From Anaeromyxobacter sp. (GTDB lineage Bacteria; Myxococcota; Myxococcia; Myxococcales; Anaeromyxobacteraceae), in NCBI GenBank assembly GCA_049840735.1, contig JASGJN010000022.1:480001-544000 (forward strand): a stretch of DNA of 64,000 nucleotides. Direction: 5' to 3'. The position numbers and the translations under genes were made by a program. Under the pieces are notes generated by a model. That model worked only from the letters and a program-made list of their open reading frames with translations. It had not been told where the DNA came from and searched no databases. Every line of letters starts with the position of its first letter. Position 1 is the stretch's first letter. Of the stretch, positions 54,052 through 64,000 are shown piece after piece.

Positions 54052-55053
54052 ATGACCACCGTCGCCACGTACACCTTCGATCAGTCGTGGCGGGTGGTCC
54101 TGGCGGACCTGGGCGTGCTTCCCGCGAACGTGCTTCGGCGGGCGTCGCTTCCGGGCGACCTCCTCGCGCGCGAGCGCGTCACGCTCACTCAACCCGAGTA
54201 CTTCCGGCTGTGGCGCGGGGTCGAAGAGGAGATCGCGGATCCCGGCTTGCCCCTCCGGATCGGCGCGACCATCAAGGCCGAGTCGTTCGATCCACCCATC
54301 TTCGCGGCGCTCTGCAGCCCGGACCTGAACACCGCGCTCGGGCGGATCGCGCAGTACAAGGCGCTCACCTGCCCCATGCGGCTCGACGTGCAGGTCCGCC
54401 GCGCGACGACCACGGTCGTCCTTTCGTGGTTGGACGCGACCGAGACGCCGCCCGCGCTGCTCGTCGCCACGGAGCTGGTCTTCTTCGTCGCGCTCGCCCG
54501 CCTCGGCACGAGGGCGCGCGTGCGGCCGCTGGCGGTCGCGTCGCCCGTGCCGCTCACGCCGGCGGCCTCCTACGCCAGCTGGTTCGGCGTGGCACCCGCG
54601 CGCGGCCGGCGCGCCGCGCTGACCTTCGCCGCAACGGACGCGCAGCGTCCATTCCTCACCTCCAACGAGGCGATGTGGCGCTCCTTCGAGCCCGAGCTGC
54701 AGCGCCGTCTCGCCGAGCTCGACGCCCGCGCGTCCACCGCCGAGCGCGTCCGGGCCTCGCTCCTGGAGCTCCTCCCGGGCGGCGCCGCCTCGATCCAGGC
54801 GGCTGCGGCGAGGCTCGGCGCAAGCAGCCGCACGCTGCAGCGTCGCCTCCAGGACGAGGGGACGTCCTTCGCGACGGTGCTCGCCGACACGCGCGCCGAG
54901 CTGGCGCACCACTACCTCGGGAAGACCTCGCTCACGGCGGCGGAGATCTCCTTCCTGCTCGGGTTCGAGGACCCGAACTCATTCTACCGGGCCTTCCATG
55001 CGTGGACCGGCTCGACTCCGGAGCAGGCGCGCACCCGGCTCACGTCGCACTGA
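54052..55053 (+). CDS. AraC-family transcriptional regulator
   Basis: AAARLGASSRTLQRRLQDEGTSF, EISFLLGFEDPNSFYRAFHAWTG. Confidence 0.94.
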   Translation: MTTVATYTFDQSWRVVLADLGVLPANVLRRASLPGDLLARERVTLTQPEYFRLWRGVEEEIADPGLPLRIGATIKAESFDPPIFAALCSPDLNTALGRIAQYKALTCPMRLDVQVRRATTTVVLSWLDATETPPALLVATELVFFVALARLGTRARVRPLAVASPVPLTPAASYASWFGVAPARGRRAALTFAATDAQRPFLTSNEAMWRSFEPELQRRLAELDARASTAERVRASLLELLPGGAASIQAAAARLGASSRTLQRRLQDEGTSFATVLADTRAELAHHYLGKTSLTAAEISFLLGFEDPNSFYRAFHAWTGSTPEQARTRLTSH

Positions 55054-55173
55054 GGGGCGGGCGTGCGCGGCGCGCGCGGGCGCTCCGGGATCGGGAGCGA
55101 GGGCGAGGGGGCCGACCGCGGCCCGCGCCCGCTCGTGGTTCGCCAGGCACCAGGAGCGGAGGTGGCGCGCCGC

Positions 55174-57263
55174 TCACCGCCCCTCCTGCGCCTCCGCCCC
55201 GGCCACCGGCCGGAGCTCCAGCGTCAAGGTGTGCCGGTCCTCCGGGCCGAAGCGGTACTTGTAGGCCTCCTGCCCGCGCAGGAAGTCGAGCTCCTGGAGC
55301 CCCTCCTCGCGCGCGTCCTCGATCAGCCGCAGGAAGAGCATCGAGCCCGGGCTGGCCTGGGCCCATGCCGGATCCAGGCCGGAGAGGTAGGCGTAGGCGC
55401 GCCCCTGGGCCGCCAGCGCGTGGAGCACGGCCACCGCCCTCCCGCCCACGTGCACTGAGAGCAGGCGCAGCAGGCCGGCGCGGAGCAGGGCGGGCGCGGC
55501 CTCCGCGTGGAACCGCTCCAGCGCCTGCGCCGCCAGCACGCCCTGCTGGCCGCGGGCGCCCCAGCGGGCGCGGTGCAGCCGGAACAGGTCGGCCAGCCGG
55601 GCCGGCAGGTCGTGCGCGCCGGCGCGGCGGAGCTGCACGCGGCTGGAGCGCTCGAGGCGCCGCCGGCGCCAGGCCACGTCGGCCAGCAGCTTGTGCGAGA
55701 TGCGGCCGCCCAGGTCCGGGCCCGGACCGTTGAGCGGCAGCACCGGGCAGACGTCCTGCGCCCGCAGCTCGCCGCGCAGCGCGCCGGGCACCGTCGCGGC
55801 CAGCAGCGGCGAGCCGGCCGGGAGCGCCTCCAGCGCGGCGCGGTCGAACCCGCCCACCTCGGCCAGCGCCTCCAGCAGCTCGCCGGCCGCGGCCGGGCTC
55901 TCCGCCAGCACGTCCTGGTAATCCGGAGACCGCCCCGCCCATCAGCCCCAGCACCTGCGCGTCACCCTGGGTGTACCGGAAGGTGGGCGCCAGCGCCGCC
56001 AGCTCGCGCCCGCGCCAGAGCGCCACCGCCGCCGGCGGCGCGGTGGCGAGCTGGTGCGCCCAGGGGAGCAGCCAGGCGGGGTGGCCGAAGGGCGTGGCGG
56101 CGATGGCGCGCGCCCAGAGCGCCCGCCACGGGCCGGCCAGCCGCTCCAGCGCGTCCACCGTGCGCAGCCGCTCCGGCCGCAGCGCCGCCCGCGGCCCGGG
56201 CAGCTCGGCCGCGCGCGGCGTGCGCGGCAGGCGCGCCAGCCGGCCGTAGAGCTCGAGGTAGCGGCCGGTGGCGGCCTGCAGCGAGAAGCGCGCCTCGGCG
56301 GCGGCGCGGCAGTCCTCCGGGCGCAGCGCGCCGGCGGCGCGGATGGCCTCGGCCAGCTCCGGCACCGTATCCACCACGAAGCCGGTCACGCCCTCCTGGA
56401 TCACGTCCGGCAGCGCCCCGCGCCGCAGCGCCACCACCGGCGTGCCGCAGGCCAGCGCCTCCAGCGCGGCCAGCGAGCAGGTCTCCTCCGCGCGGCTCGC
56501 CACCACCAGGCAGCGCGCCGCGGCCAGCAGGCGCCGCTTGCGGGCGCCGCCCACCGGGCCGGCCCAGGCCACGCCGTGCCCCAGCGCCGGCCGCAGCTCC
56601 GCCTCGAACCAGCGCAGGTGCTCGGGGAAGGGCTGCAGCTCGCCCGCCAGCACCAGCGCGATCCCGGCCCGGCGGGCCGCCGCCACGGCCAGGTCCTGCC
56701 CCTTGGCGGCGCAGAGCCGCCCCAGCGCCAGCGCGAAGCCGCGCCGCCGGCCGCCCGGGCGGTAGCGCTCCAGGCTCACGCCGTTCTCCAGCGGATCGAG
56801 CAGCGGCGTGCCGGCGGGGAAGGCGTTGCGCTGGGCGGTCGAGAACCGGCTGCAGGAACGTGAGCGGCCGCTGGGGGCGGAGCGCCAGCTCGCGGTACTG
56901 GGCGGGGGGCAGGTGCAGGGTCACCAGCGCGGGCGGCCCGGGCGGCGGCAGGTAGTGGACGTAGTCGAGGCCGTGCAGGTGGATCACGTCCGGCGCGTGG
57001 GCCTCCAGGGCGTGCGCCAGCGCCGGGCGCAGCGCCTCGTGCGCGCGCACCCAGGCGGCCGAGTCGTTCAGGCGCGGCGGCGGCGGCAGCGGCAGGAGCC
57101 GGCCGCGCACCCGCGATCCGGCCGCCGCCAGCACCAGCGAGCGGTGGCCCTCCCGCACCAGCTGCTCGTCCAGCGCCGCGAGCACCTGCTCGGCCCCGCC
57201 CACCGCGTCCGGCCCGACCGTGGCCAGCGGGAACGCCACCTGCAGCACCGTGAGCCGTCCCAC
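55174..57263 (-). CDS. GT4 glycosyltransferase fused to CelD/BcsL-type GNAT domain (frameshifts at ~56845 and ~55923)
   Basis: VGGAEQVL, KGQDLAV, EETCSLAALEALACGTPVV, EGVTGFVV; in-frame continuation WRALWARA...PFGHPAWL; end SPGSMLF...LDFLRGQEAYKYRFG. Confidence 0.82.
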
Positions 57264-57325
57264 GGCTGGAACGTGAGCACCTGCCGGCGACCGGGCCCGC
57301 CTGCCCGTCCGGGGTTCACTGCCTC

Positions 57326-57434
57326 GCCCTTCGACTCCGCCGCGGCTTCGCCGCGGCTACGCTCAGGGCGAACGGGTTCTCAGCCCGTTCGGGCTGAGCG
57401 TAGCGAGCCCGCAGGGCTCGCGGAGTCGAAGCCC
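57326..57434. repeat. Inverted doublet of REP-like palindromic element
   Basis: 57326-57375 (+) and 57385-57434 (-) copies, each TTCGAC-TCCG-hairpin-CTACGCTCA. Confidence 0.88.
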
Positions 57435-57463
57435 AGGGACGGTCATCCTGATCCTCGGCGCCC

Positions 57464-58402
57464 TCAGCCGCCGTCGTGCGGTCCCGCCCCCGCCCCCTCG
57501 CCCTCGCGCAGGTCCGGGCGCCGGGCGGTGGGCGGAGCGACCGGCACCACCCGCGGGAAGCCGCGGAAGGCGAGGGCGTGCCGCTCGCCGCGGGCCAGGA
57601 ACTTCACCCGCTGTGCCAGGCCGGCCTCGGCCACGGCGCGGGCGAAGTCCTCCAGCGGCGACTTGAAGACCGGGTAGTCGTCGTGGTGGATGGGGATGGC
57701 CACCTCCGGCTGGAGGAGGCGCACCGCCTCCACGCCCTGCGCGGCGTCCATGGTCACCAGCACGCCCATCACCCGCGTGCCGCCCAGGTGCAGCACCGCC
57801 AGGTCGAAGCCGGCGAACCGCTCCGGGATCCGCCGCAGGTCGTCGTACATGAGCGTGTCGCCCGTCACGTAGAGCCTGAAGTGCGGCGCGCCGCCGGCGT
57901 GCCCCACCTCCCAGACGCTCCCCATCACCGGCGGCAGCAGCCTGTGCACCAGCGGCGGTCCGTGCCGGCCGGGCGTGGCGGTGATGCGCAGCCAGTCGCT
58001 GCCGCGGCGGAGCGTGGCCTCGTCCCAGGTGGCGAGCCCCTGCGCCTGTCCGAACCCCAGCCGGCGCAGCGCCCGCGCCGCGTGCGGCGTGGTGAGCACC
58101 GGCAGCTCGCGCGAGAGGTGGGCGGTGGCCACGCGATCCCAGTGGTCGCCGTGGTAGTGCGACAGCACCACCGCGTCGAGCGGTGGGAGCTGGTCGATCT
58201 CGATGGCCGGATCGGTGAGCCGCCGCGACGTCATCCCGTAGCCCAGGTCGGCGTGCTCGCCGGCGTGGAGGAAGTTGGGATCGGTGAGCAGCGTGAACGG
58301 CCCCAGCTGCACCACCAGCGTGGCCGTGCCGACGAAGAGGATCGAGCCGTGCGCCGCGTCGGCGCCGGCCCGTGCACCCAGGGTCAAGGTGGTCCGGCGC
58401 AT
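57464..58402 (-). CDS. MBL-fold metallo-hydrolase (UlaG/NAPE-PLD-like)
   Basis: FVGTAT, LLTDPNF, VLSHYHGDHWD, PGRHG, YVTGDT, IPIHHDDY. Confidence 0.92.
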   Translation of the reverse strand: MRRTTLTLGARAGADAAHGSILFVGTATLVVQLGPFTLLTDPNFLHAGEHADLGYGMTSRRLTDPAIEIDQLPPLDAVVLSHYHGDHWDRVATAHLSRELPVLTTPHAARALRRLGFGQAQGLATWDEATLRRGSDWLRITATPGRHGPPLVHRLLPPVMGSVWEVGHAGGAPHFRLYVTGDTLMYDDLRRIPERFAGFDLAVLHLGGTRVMGVLVTMDAAQGVEAVRLLQPEVAIPIHHDDYPVFKSPLEDFARAVAEAGLAQRVKFLARGERHALAFRGFPRVVPVAPPTARRPDLREGEGAGAGPHDGG

Positions 58403-58404
58403 GG

Positions 58405-58630
58405 CTACATCTCGACCCCGTCGTCGGAGGGGATCGCGCCGCAGCTCGTCCGGGACCTCGCCGCCCGGCCTGGCCGGCGTGTAGCGATCGTCGGCGCGGC
58501 GCGGCGCCTGCTTCTCCGGCTGCTCCCCGGGCGCCTGCCCCTTCTCCTCCGGCGGGCCCCCCTCGTCCTCGGCCTCGTACCCGCGCTCCCCGGCCGTCCC
58601 CTTCCGCTCCGGTTCCTGGTTCTTGGGCAT
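58405..58630 (-). CDS. Small hydrophilic hypothetical protein (probable extra C at ~58430)
   Basis: GGAGG before ATG 58630; MPKNQEPERK...ELRRDP would end SDDGVEM* at 58405 if one C of a C-run is removed. Confidence 0.45.
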
Positions 58631-58716
58631 CGCGCACCTCCGCCGAGTACGCTCGGCACGGGGGCGCGGCGGCGCACGGCGGCCTCGGGCGTCGGCTCCC
58701 GGGCCTCAGTAACGCC

Positions 58717-58771
58717 CCGGTCATGGTGAGCGTAGCGGGCAGGCCTCGCCTGCCCGCGGAGTCGAACCATG
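58717..58771 (-). repeat. REP-like palindromic element, variant outer stem
   Basis: Minus strand catggttcgactccg-cgggcagg cgagg cctgcccg-ctacgctcaccatgaccgg. Confidence 0.8.
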
Positions 58772-58825
58772 CCGGGTGTCGCGCCGCCTCATTCGTGCAG
58801 ATGCTGGTGGTCGCGGAGGCGCGCT

Positions 58826-59032
58826 ATGCCCGAGGACCGGGACAGGGAGCAGGCCGTACCAGAGCAGGCCAGCGAGCAGCCTGGGGGTGAGCGTGTCGAA
58901 CCCCGAGCGGCGCCAAGGGAGCCCGAGCCCACCGCGCTGGTCGCCGATACCCTCGAGACGCTCCACGGCCGCCTGGAGGACGAGGAGGAGCAGCGCCGGC
59001 GCGGCACCATCGGCCCGCCCCCTCGCCGCTAG
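58826..59032 (+). CDS. Small acidic hypothetical protein
   Basis: GGAGG 6 nt before ATG; 68-aa ORF MPEDRDREQ...GPPPRR. Confidence 0.5.
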   Translation: MPEDRDREQAVPEQASEQPGGERVEPRAAPREPEPTALVADTLETLHGRLEDEEEQRRRGTIGPPPRR

Positions 59033-60120
59033 GCGACCATCTTGCGCAGCGGCGAGCGGGCCAGCAGCATCACCGTGCCCAGGCTGAGCGCCGCCGCCAG
59101 CGCCGCGTTGGGCAGCACCAGCCCCAAGGCCAGCGCCGGATCCGCCGCAAACGCCGCCTCGGCGCGGCGGAGCAGCTGCACGAAGATCGGGTGCACGAAG
59201 TAGACGCCCAGCGTGAGCCCGGCCAGCCGCGCCAGGCGGGCGCGACCGGCCCAGGGCCTGCTCGGCAGGCAGAGCAGCAGGATGGGGACCGACAGGCCGA
59301 ACCCCAGGCCGGCCAGCCAGGAGATCGGCGAGCGCACCGGCAGGCCGCCCGCGGCGTTCACCGCGGCGTGGACCAGCAGCGCCGCCGAGAGCAGCGCCAC
59401 CGCGCCGGCCACCGCGGCCACGCGGCGGGCGCGGGCGGGGGGCGGCGCCACGCCGCCCCAGCTGCGGTGGAGCCAGAGGCCGGCCAGCGCGAACGGCACA
59501 TACCCGATGATCCCGCTGGCGGCGGCGCGCCAGGCGTCGTCCCGGCCCAGCCAGAGGTGCAGCCCCAGGCTGGCCAGCGCGGCTGCGGCCGCGCCCAGGG
59601 CCAGCGTGGCCGGGCCGGGGAGCCGGCGCGAGAGGGCCGGCGCGAAGGCGGTGAGCGCCAGCAGCAGGGGCGTGAAGTAGAGGTGCGAGGCGGCCGTGCC
59701 CAGCACGACGCCCTCCACCACCGCGCGCGGCCCCGGCAGCGCGTGCTCCGCCAGGGCCCGCAGCGCCAGGAAGGCCGTCACCCAGGCCAGGTGCGCCGGC
59801 ACCAGTCGGCGGGCGGCGGTGCGCAGCAGCTGGCGCGTGGGCACGCCCGCGGCCACGCGCGGCCCCAGCGAGAGGAAGGCCAGCAGCACGAAGGCGTTGA
59901 CCGGCACCGAGACCAGCAGCTGGAAGCCCGCCGAGGCCAGCAACCGCGAACCCGGCGGGAGCGCCGCCAGCACCGCGTGGCCGGGCGGGTAGGCGGAGTG
60001 GACCAGCACCACTCCCGCCGCGGCCAGGAGCCGCGTGCGCGCGTCCCGCCAGATTCGCTCGCCGGCGCCGAGCGCCGCCTCCGGCCGGGCCACCCGCCCG
60101 GCGACGACAACCTGCTCCAT
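59029..60120 (-). CDS. Acyltransferase 3 family membrane protein
   Basis: RLLAAAGVVLVH, VPVNAFVLLA, RRLVPAHLAW, SHLYF, TLGVYFVHP; about 10 TM helices. Confidence 0.8.
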   Translation of the reverse strand: MEQVVVAGRVARPEAALGAGERIWRDARTRLLAAAGVVLVHSAYPPGHAVLAALPPGSRLLASAGFQLLVSVPVNAFVLLAFLSLGPRVAAGVPTRQLLRTAARRLVPAHLAWVTAFLALRALAEHALPGPRAVVEGVVLGTAASHLYFTPLLLALTAFAPALSRRLPGPATLALGAAAAALASLGLHLWLGRDDAWRAAASGIIGYVPFALAGLWLHRSWGGVAPPPARARRVAAVAGAVALLSAALLVHAAVNAAGGLPVRSPISWLAGLGFGLSVPILLLCLPSRPWAGRARLARLAGLTLGVYFVHPIFVQLLRRAEAAFAADPALALGLVLPNAALAAALSLGTVMLLARSPLRKMVA

Positions 60121-60247
60121 GGCCCTGCACCCCCGCGTCGGCCCGCCGGCGCGGCGGGCCGTCACCGCAAGCTGTGCGGTGAGGTGCGGCGCGGCCCGCG
60201 GCCAGTCAGGGCGCGCCGGGGGTGGGAACCGGGGTGAGCACATGAGA

Positions 60248-60277
60248 AAGGCGCCGGCGGGGATCCGCCGGCGCCTT
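60248..60277 (-). terminator. Intrinsic terminator-like hairpin after pullulanase
   Basis: 13-bp perfect stem aaggcgccggcgg/ccgccggcgcctt with 4-nt loop; only a short T tract. Confidence 0.6.
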
Positions 60278-60304
60278 GGATGAGCCTGTGCTGGCCCTGC
60301 GGGG

Positions 60305-62452
60305 CTACAGGTCGCGCTTGATGACCACCGCGGTGCGCGGCGAGAGCGTGATGCTCGTGGCCGTCAGGGTGAAGCCGGACGGGGTGGAGACCGCGTCGGT
60401 GCCGGCCTCGTCGCTGTCCACCAGCACGGTGCCCGGGCGGAGATCGCTGCCGGTGTTGAGCGTGAGGTTGGCCGAGGCCGCCACGTTGACGAACACGAAG
60501 TACTCGGCCGCGCCCGCGGAGTCGCGCGCCTTGTAGGCGACGCCGCGGGCCTGACTGGCGTCCACCAGGGTGGTGTTGGCGTCCACCTGGGCCTTGGTGG
60601 CGAGCCGGAAGGCGTCGGTCGAGGCGCGCAGCGCGAACAGGCCGCTCACATAGTCGTAGGTGGCCTTCTGCGGCGAGCCGCTGGCCATCAGCGTGGCCCA
60701 GTCGATGCCGTTGATGGTGTCGGTGCTGTCGTAGGAGTTGTAGACGACGTAACCGCCGGTGTTGTTGCCCGTGCCCTCGCCCGACGGGCCGGCCATGACC
60801 TTGGCGCGCCCCATCTCGCAGCCGGCGTGCACGAACTGGGACCCCTGCGAGGTGGCAGCCAGCACCCAACCCAGGCGCGCGATCTTCATGATCTCGGCCT
60901 CGCTGGTGCTCGGGTTGAGCGCGAGGATCTTGGCGATCTTGTCGTGCAGCGTCAGGCCGTCGTGGGCCGTCATGTACTGGATGGAGTCGCCTGGGTCGTC
61001 GGCGGTGAAGTTGGTCGGCTCGGCGCGGAGGTTCGCGAAGAGCTGCTGCTTGTCGATGGTGACCGGGTTGTAGGTGCTCTCGGAGGTGAGGAACCCGACG
61101 TTGTCGTTGTTGGCCTCGGACATGCCGCCGCCCTTGAGGATGTCGCGGAAGCTGTCGGAGAACACCGCGATGTCGTTGGTCGAGGTCATCCAGGCCTGCT
61201 TGGCCGCGACGATGGGCTCACCCTGGTCGTTGGTGGACGGGATGCTGCCGCCGTCCATGTTCCAGCCCTCGCCCAGGAAGAGCACGTTCGGGTTGACCGC
61301 GGCCGAGGCCTGGTAGGCCTCGGTCATGGTGCCGGAGTCGATCAGGCCCATCAGGTCGAAGCGGAAGCCGTCCACCTTGTACTCGCGGGTCCAGTAGGCC
61401 ACCGAGTCGATGATGAGCTTGCGCATCATCTTCTTCTCGGAGGCGGTGTCGTTGCCGACGCCGGAGTGGTTGGTGCCGCGGAAGTAGTAGCCGGGGGCGA
61501 ACGCCGCGAGGATGGCGGTGTCGGCCATGTGGTTGTAGACCACGTCCAGCGTGACCCCGAGCCCCTTCTTGTGCGCCTCGTTGACGAGCGTCTTCAGCTC
61601 GGCCACGCGCGCGATGGGATCCTTCGGATCGATCGCGTACATGCCCTCGGGCGCGAAGTAGTTGTGCGGGTCGTAACCCCAGTTGTAGTTGTTGCCCGAG
61701 GTGCTGGTGCCGCTCTCGAACGTCCCGCGCTTGCTCTCGTCACCGTAGTAGTAGGCCTGCACCGGGAGCAGCTGCAGGTGGGTGACGCCCAGGTTCTTGA
61801 TGTGGTCGAGCCGCTCGGTGAACGCCAGGTAGGTGCCGGGCGGGTTCTGGAGCTGGGCCTGCGGGATCTTGATGGTCCAGTCGCGGACGTGGACCTCGTA
61901 GATGACCGCGTCCTCGCGCTTGGCGTAGTGCTGCGGGACGGTGAACGCGGCCCAGTCCTCCGGGTTGCCGTCGGTGTCGAGCGGCTGGATGGTGTCCGGG
62001 TCGATCACCGCGGCCATGCCCGCGCCGCCGCGGGAGCTGTCGAACTGGCCCATCGAGAAGGCGTACGGGTCGAGCGCGCCGCGGCCGTCCACCGCGTACT
62101 GGTAGAGCTGGCCGTTCGCGACCGCCGGCACGTCCACGGTCCAGACGCCGTTCCAGCCGTCCTCGTCCACGTCTCCGCCGCTGGTCAGGTCCTTGGCCAG
62201 GTCGTAGCTGGCGGTGGCCGAGCCGCTGTTCCAGGCCGCGTAGAACCGCACCTTCACGTTGGAGGCCTTGGGGGCCCAGACGCGGAAGGATGCGTCGCCG
62301 GTGCCGGCGTCGTAGACGACGCCGAGCCGGTAATCGAGGTCGGGGGTGGCGATCTTGCCGCTGCCGCCACCGCCGCCACCCCCACCACCGCAGGACAGGG
62401 TGGTCAGCGCTGCGACGAGGACGGACGCGAGGCCGAGCCGCTTCAAGGTCAT
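60305..62452 (-). CDS. pulA: Pullulanase-type GH13 lipoprotein
   Basis: Lipobox LTTLSC; FRVWAP (CBM48), IYEVHVRD, YNWGYDP, DVVYNH, DGFRFDLMG, GEGW, AHD. Confidence 0.92.
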   Translation of the reverse strand: MTLKRLGLASVLVAALTTLSCGGGGGGGGGSGKIATPDLDYRLGVVYDAGTGDASFRVWAPKASNVKVRFYAAWNSGSATASYDLAKDLTSGGDVDEDGWNGVWTVDVPAVANGQLYQYAVDGRGALDPYAFSMGQFDSSRGGAGMAAVIDPDTIQPLDTDGNPEDWAAFTVPQHYAKREDAVIYEVHVRDWTIKIPQAQLQNPPGTYLAFTERLDHIKNLGVTHLQLLPVQAYYYGDESKRGTFESGTSTSGNNYNWGYDPHNYFAPEGMYAIDPKDPIARVAELKTLVNEAHKKGLGVTLDVVYNHMADTAILAAFAPGYYFRGTNHSGVGNDTASEKKMMRKLIIDSVAYWTREYKVDGFRFDLMGLIDSGTMTEAYQASAAVNPNVLFLGEGWNMDGGSIPSTNDQGEPIVAAKQAWMTSTNDIAVFSDSFRDILKGGGMSEANNDNVGFLTSESTYNPVTIDKQQLFANLRAEPTNFTADDPGDSIQYMTAHDGLTLHDKIAKILALNPSTSEAEIMKIARLGWVLAATSQGSQFVHAGCEMGRAKVMAGPSGEGTGNNTGGYVVYNSYDSTDTINGIDWATLMASGSPQKATYDYVSGLFALRASTDAFRLATKAQVDANTTLVDASQARGVAYKARDSAGAAEYFVFVNVAASANLTLNTGSDLRPGTVLVDSDEAGTDAVSTPSGFTLTATSITLSPRTAVVIKRDL

Positions 62453-62691
62453 GGGATCTCCCGGAGAAGGGCGGCAGTCTCGCAAGGCCAAGCGATCGAG
62501 CGCAAGCGCGCCAGGAGCGCAGGTGTGGGTAGGGCTGCGCCGGTGGGCGCGGTCCCTGGTCGACTGGCTGGGTCCGCCGGACTGGGCGGCGGGCCGGGTC
62601 CGTGGCAAGCTGGTCCGTCCAGCCGGCCGCTCGCTGGCCTGCTGGCCCACCGCGGCATCCGCCGCAGGCCGTCATTCCAGGGGGAGCCCGC

Positions 62692-64000
62692 GTGATTCGT
62701 CGCAAGGTCGAGTGGGTGCTCGCTGTTGCGCTGCTGCTGGCCGGCGTGGGTGGATGTGGGGGCGGCGGCGGAGGGAACGCCGCGCCGCAGGCTTCCATCA
62801 CCCAGCCACAGGCGCTGGTCGCGACCGTGGTGGTGGGCCAGGCGTTCTCGTTCGCGGCCACCTGTGTCGATCCGGATCGCGACGCCGTGACCCCTGCGTG
62901 GACCTTCCAGGGCGGGACGCCGGCCTCCTCGGCCGCGCTCTCCGGAACCGTCACCTGGGCCGCGGTGGGTGAGTACGCGATCTCCTTCAGCTGCAGGGAC
63001 GCGGGCGGGCACGCCTCGGCGGTGGTGACCCGCACCGTGCAGGTGCACGAGAACCACCCGCCGGTGGCGGCCATCGCCACGCCAGCCGTGGACGCGCCGG
63101 TGACGGTCGGCCTCCCCTTCACCTATCTCGCGACCTGCGAGGACCCGGACGGCGAGACCACCACCGCCGCCTGGTCCTTCCCGGGCGGCGTGCCGGACAG
63201 CGCCGCCGAGCTCGGCGGCTCGGTGACCTTCGCCGCCGCAGGCGACCACCAGCTCAGCTTCCAGTGCCACGACCCGAGCCATGCTGCGTCCAGCGTGGTG
63301 ACCCGGACCATCCACGCCGTCGCTCCCATGGCGGCGGGGAGCCTCGTGGCCTACTCGGTCGCGTGGCAGACCGGCCATCCGGGCGAGGGGATCAGCGATC
63401 CTCCGGCCGTGAAGGCGCTGGACTCGAACCAGGACCCGATCGTCGGCGTGGTGGTGACCTTCACGGTGACCGCTGGCGGCGGCTCCCTCTCCACCACCAC
63501 GGCCACCACCGACGTGAACGGGGTCGCGCGCGTGGCCTCCTGGACGCTGGGGACCTCTGGCGCCCAGCTGGTCACGGCCACGGCGACCGGCATGCTGCCC
63601 TTGACCCTGGCGGCCACGCTCGATGGCACCGCCTCCCGCTTCCACATCCAGCTCCTCTTCCTGGCCGAGCCCTCGGCCGACGTGCGCGCGGCCTTCACCA
63701 GCGCCGCGGAGCGGATCGGGCGGGTGGTGACCAGCGAGCTGTCGGGCGGGCAGATCACCTTCACGGCCGACGATCTGGCCGGCTGCGGTGACACCGCGGT
63801 GGACGTGCTGGCTGACGACCTGGTGATCCTGGCCGACGTCACCGCCATCGACGGCGCCGGCAGCATCCTGGGCCAGGCCGGCCCCTGCCTGACCCGCACC
63901 ACCGGCAGCCGGCTCCCCGTCCTCGGGCTGATGCAGTTCGACGAGGTGGACCTGGCGAACATGGACGTCCACGACCTCGACTCGGTGATCCTCCACGAGA
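62692..64000 (+). CDS. Lipoprotein with two PKD-like domains, an Ig-like domain and a leishmanolysin-like zinc metalloprotease domain (3' truncated)
   Basis: Not in the ORF track; my translation from GTG 62692 gives lipobox VGGC, two TCxDPD...W.F.GG.P repeats, VTFTVTAGGGSL, IDGAGSILGQAGPC, MQFD and VILHE at the window edge. Confidence 0.85.
   Translation, partial: MIRRKVEWVLAVALLLAGVGGCGGGGGGNAAPQASITQPQALVATVVVGQAFSFAATCVDPDRDAVTPAWTFQGGTPASSAALSGTVTWAAVGEYAISFSCRDAGGHASAVVTRTVQVHENHPPVAAIATPAVDAPVTVGLPFTYLATCEDPDGETTTAAWSFPGGVPDSAAELGGSVTFAAAGDHQLSFQCHDPSHAASSVVTRTIHAVAPMAAGSLVAYSVAWQTGHPGEGISDPPAVKALDSNQDPIVGVVVTFTVTAGGGSLSTTTATTDVNGVARVASWTLGTSGAQLVTATATGMLPLTLAATLDGTASRFHIQLLFLAEPSADVRAAFTSAAERIGRVVTSELSGGQITFTADDLAGCGDTAVDVLADDLVILADVTAIDGAGSILGQAGPCLTRTTGSRLPVLGLMQFDEVDLANMDVHDLDSVILHE

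Noticed and set aside
52960..55100. SDR-AraC pair as a mobile island
   Set aside because: Codon style looks slightly different, but I saw no integrase, terminal repeats or target duplication.
57464..58630. 388-aa MBL hydrolase with a long acidic N-terminal extension
   Set aside because: More simply a small upstream gene joined by one extra C; the alternative frame stops at 58405, just before the MBL ATG at 58402.

Overview
Very GC-rich bacterial chromosome segment. Gene content (selB, multi-GAF kinase/NtrC pair, zinc-ribbon/TPR protein, PilZ protein, myxobacterial-type HNH protein) points to an Anaeromyxobacter-like member of the Myxococcota; this is an inference. In order: nuoLMN; a selB-sensor kinase-sigma54 activator unit ending in a sigma54-driven, terminated ~75-nt hairpin RNA with a C8 loop (Pxr-like candidate); PRTase, hslO, epimerase, acyltransferase; zinc-ribbon/TPR protein; MarR-TolC; DUF72; a REP-associated-type Y1 (HUH) transposase; an acyl-CoA dehydrogenase/ETF-QO/ETF operon; xth; a LysR gene divergent from a small ORF followed by five hairpins sharing one hexaloop; an IMPase-ADP-ribosylglycohydrolase fusion; urtABCDE; an MCP; ackA-pta-lactate permease; an HNH endonuclease preceded by 41-bp and 23-bp tandem arrays; HD hydrolase; SDR-AraC; GT4-GNAT fusion; MBL hydrolase; acyltransferase; pullulanase; and a truncated PKD/zinc-protease lipoprotein. 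A covarying REP-like palindrome family occurs eight times at six intergenic loci. About 13 single-base frameshifts, some in core genes, suggest uncorrected long-read errors. No rRNA, tRNA or CRISPR array was seen. All calls were made by eye without database searches.
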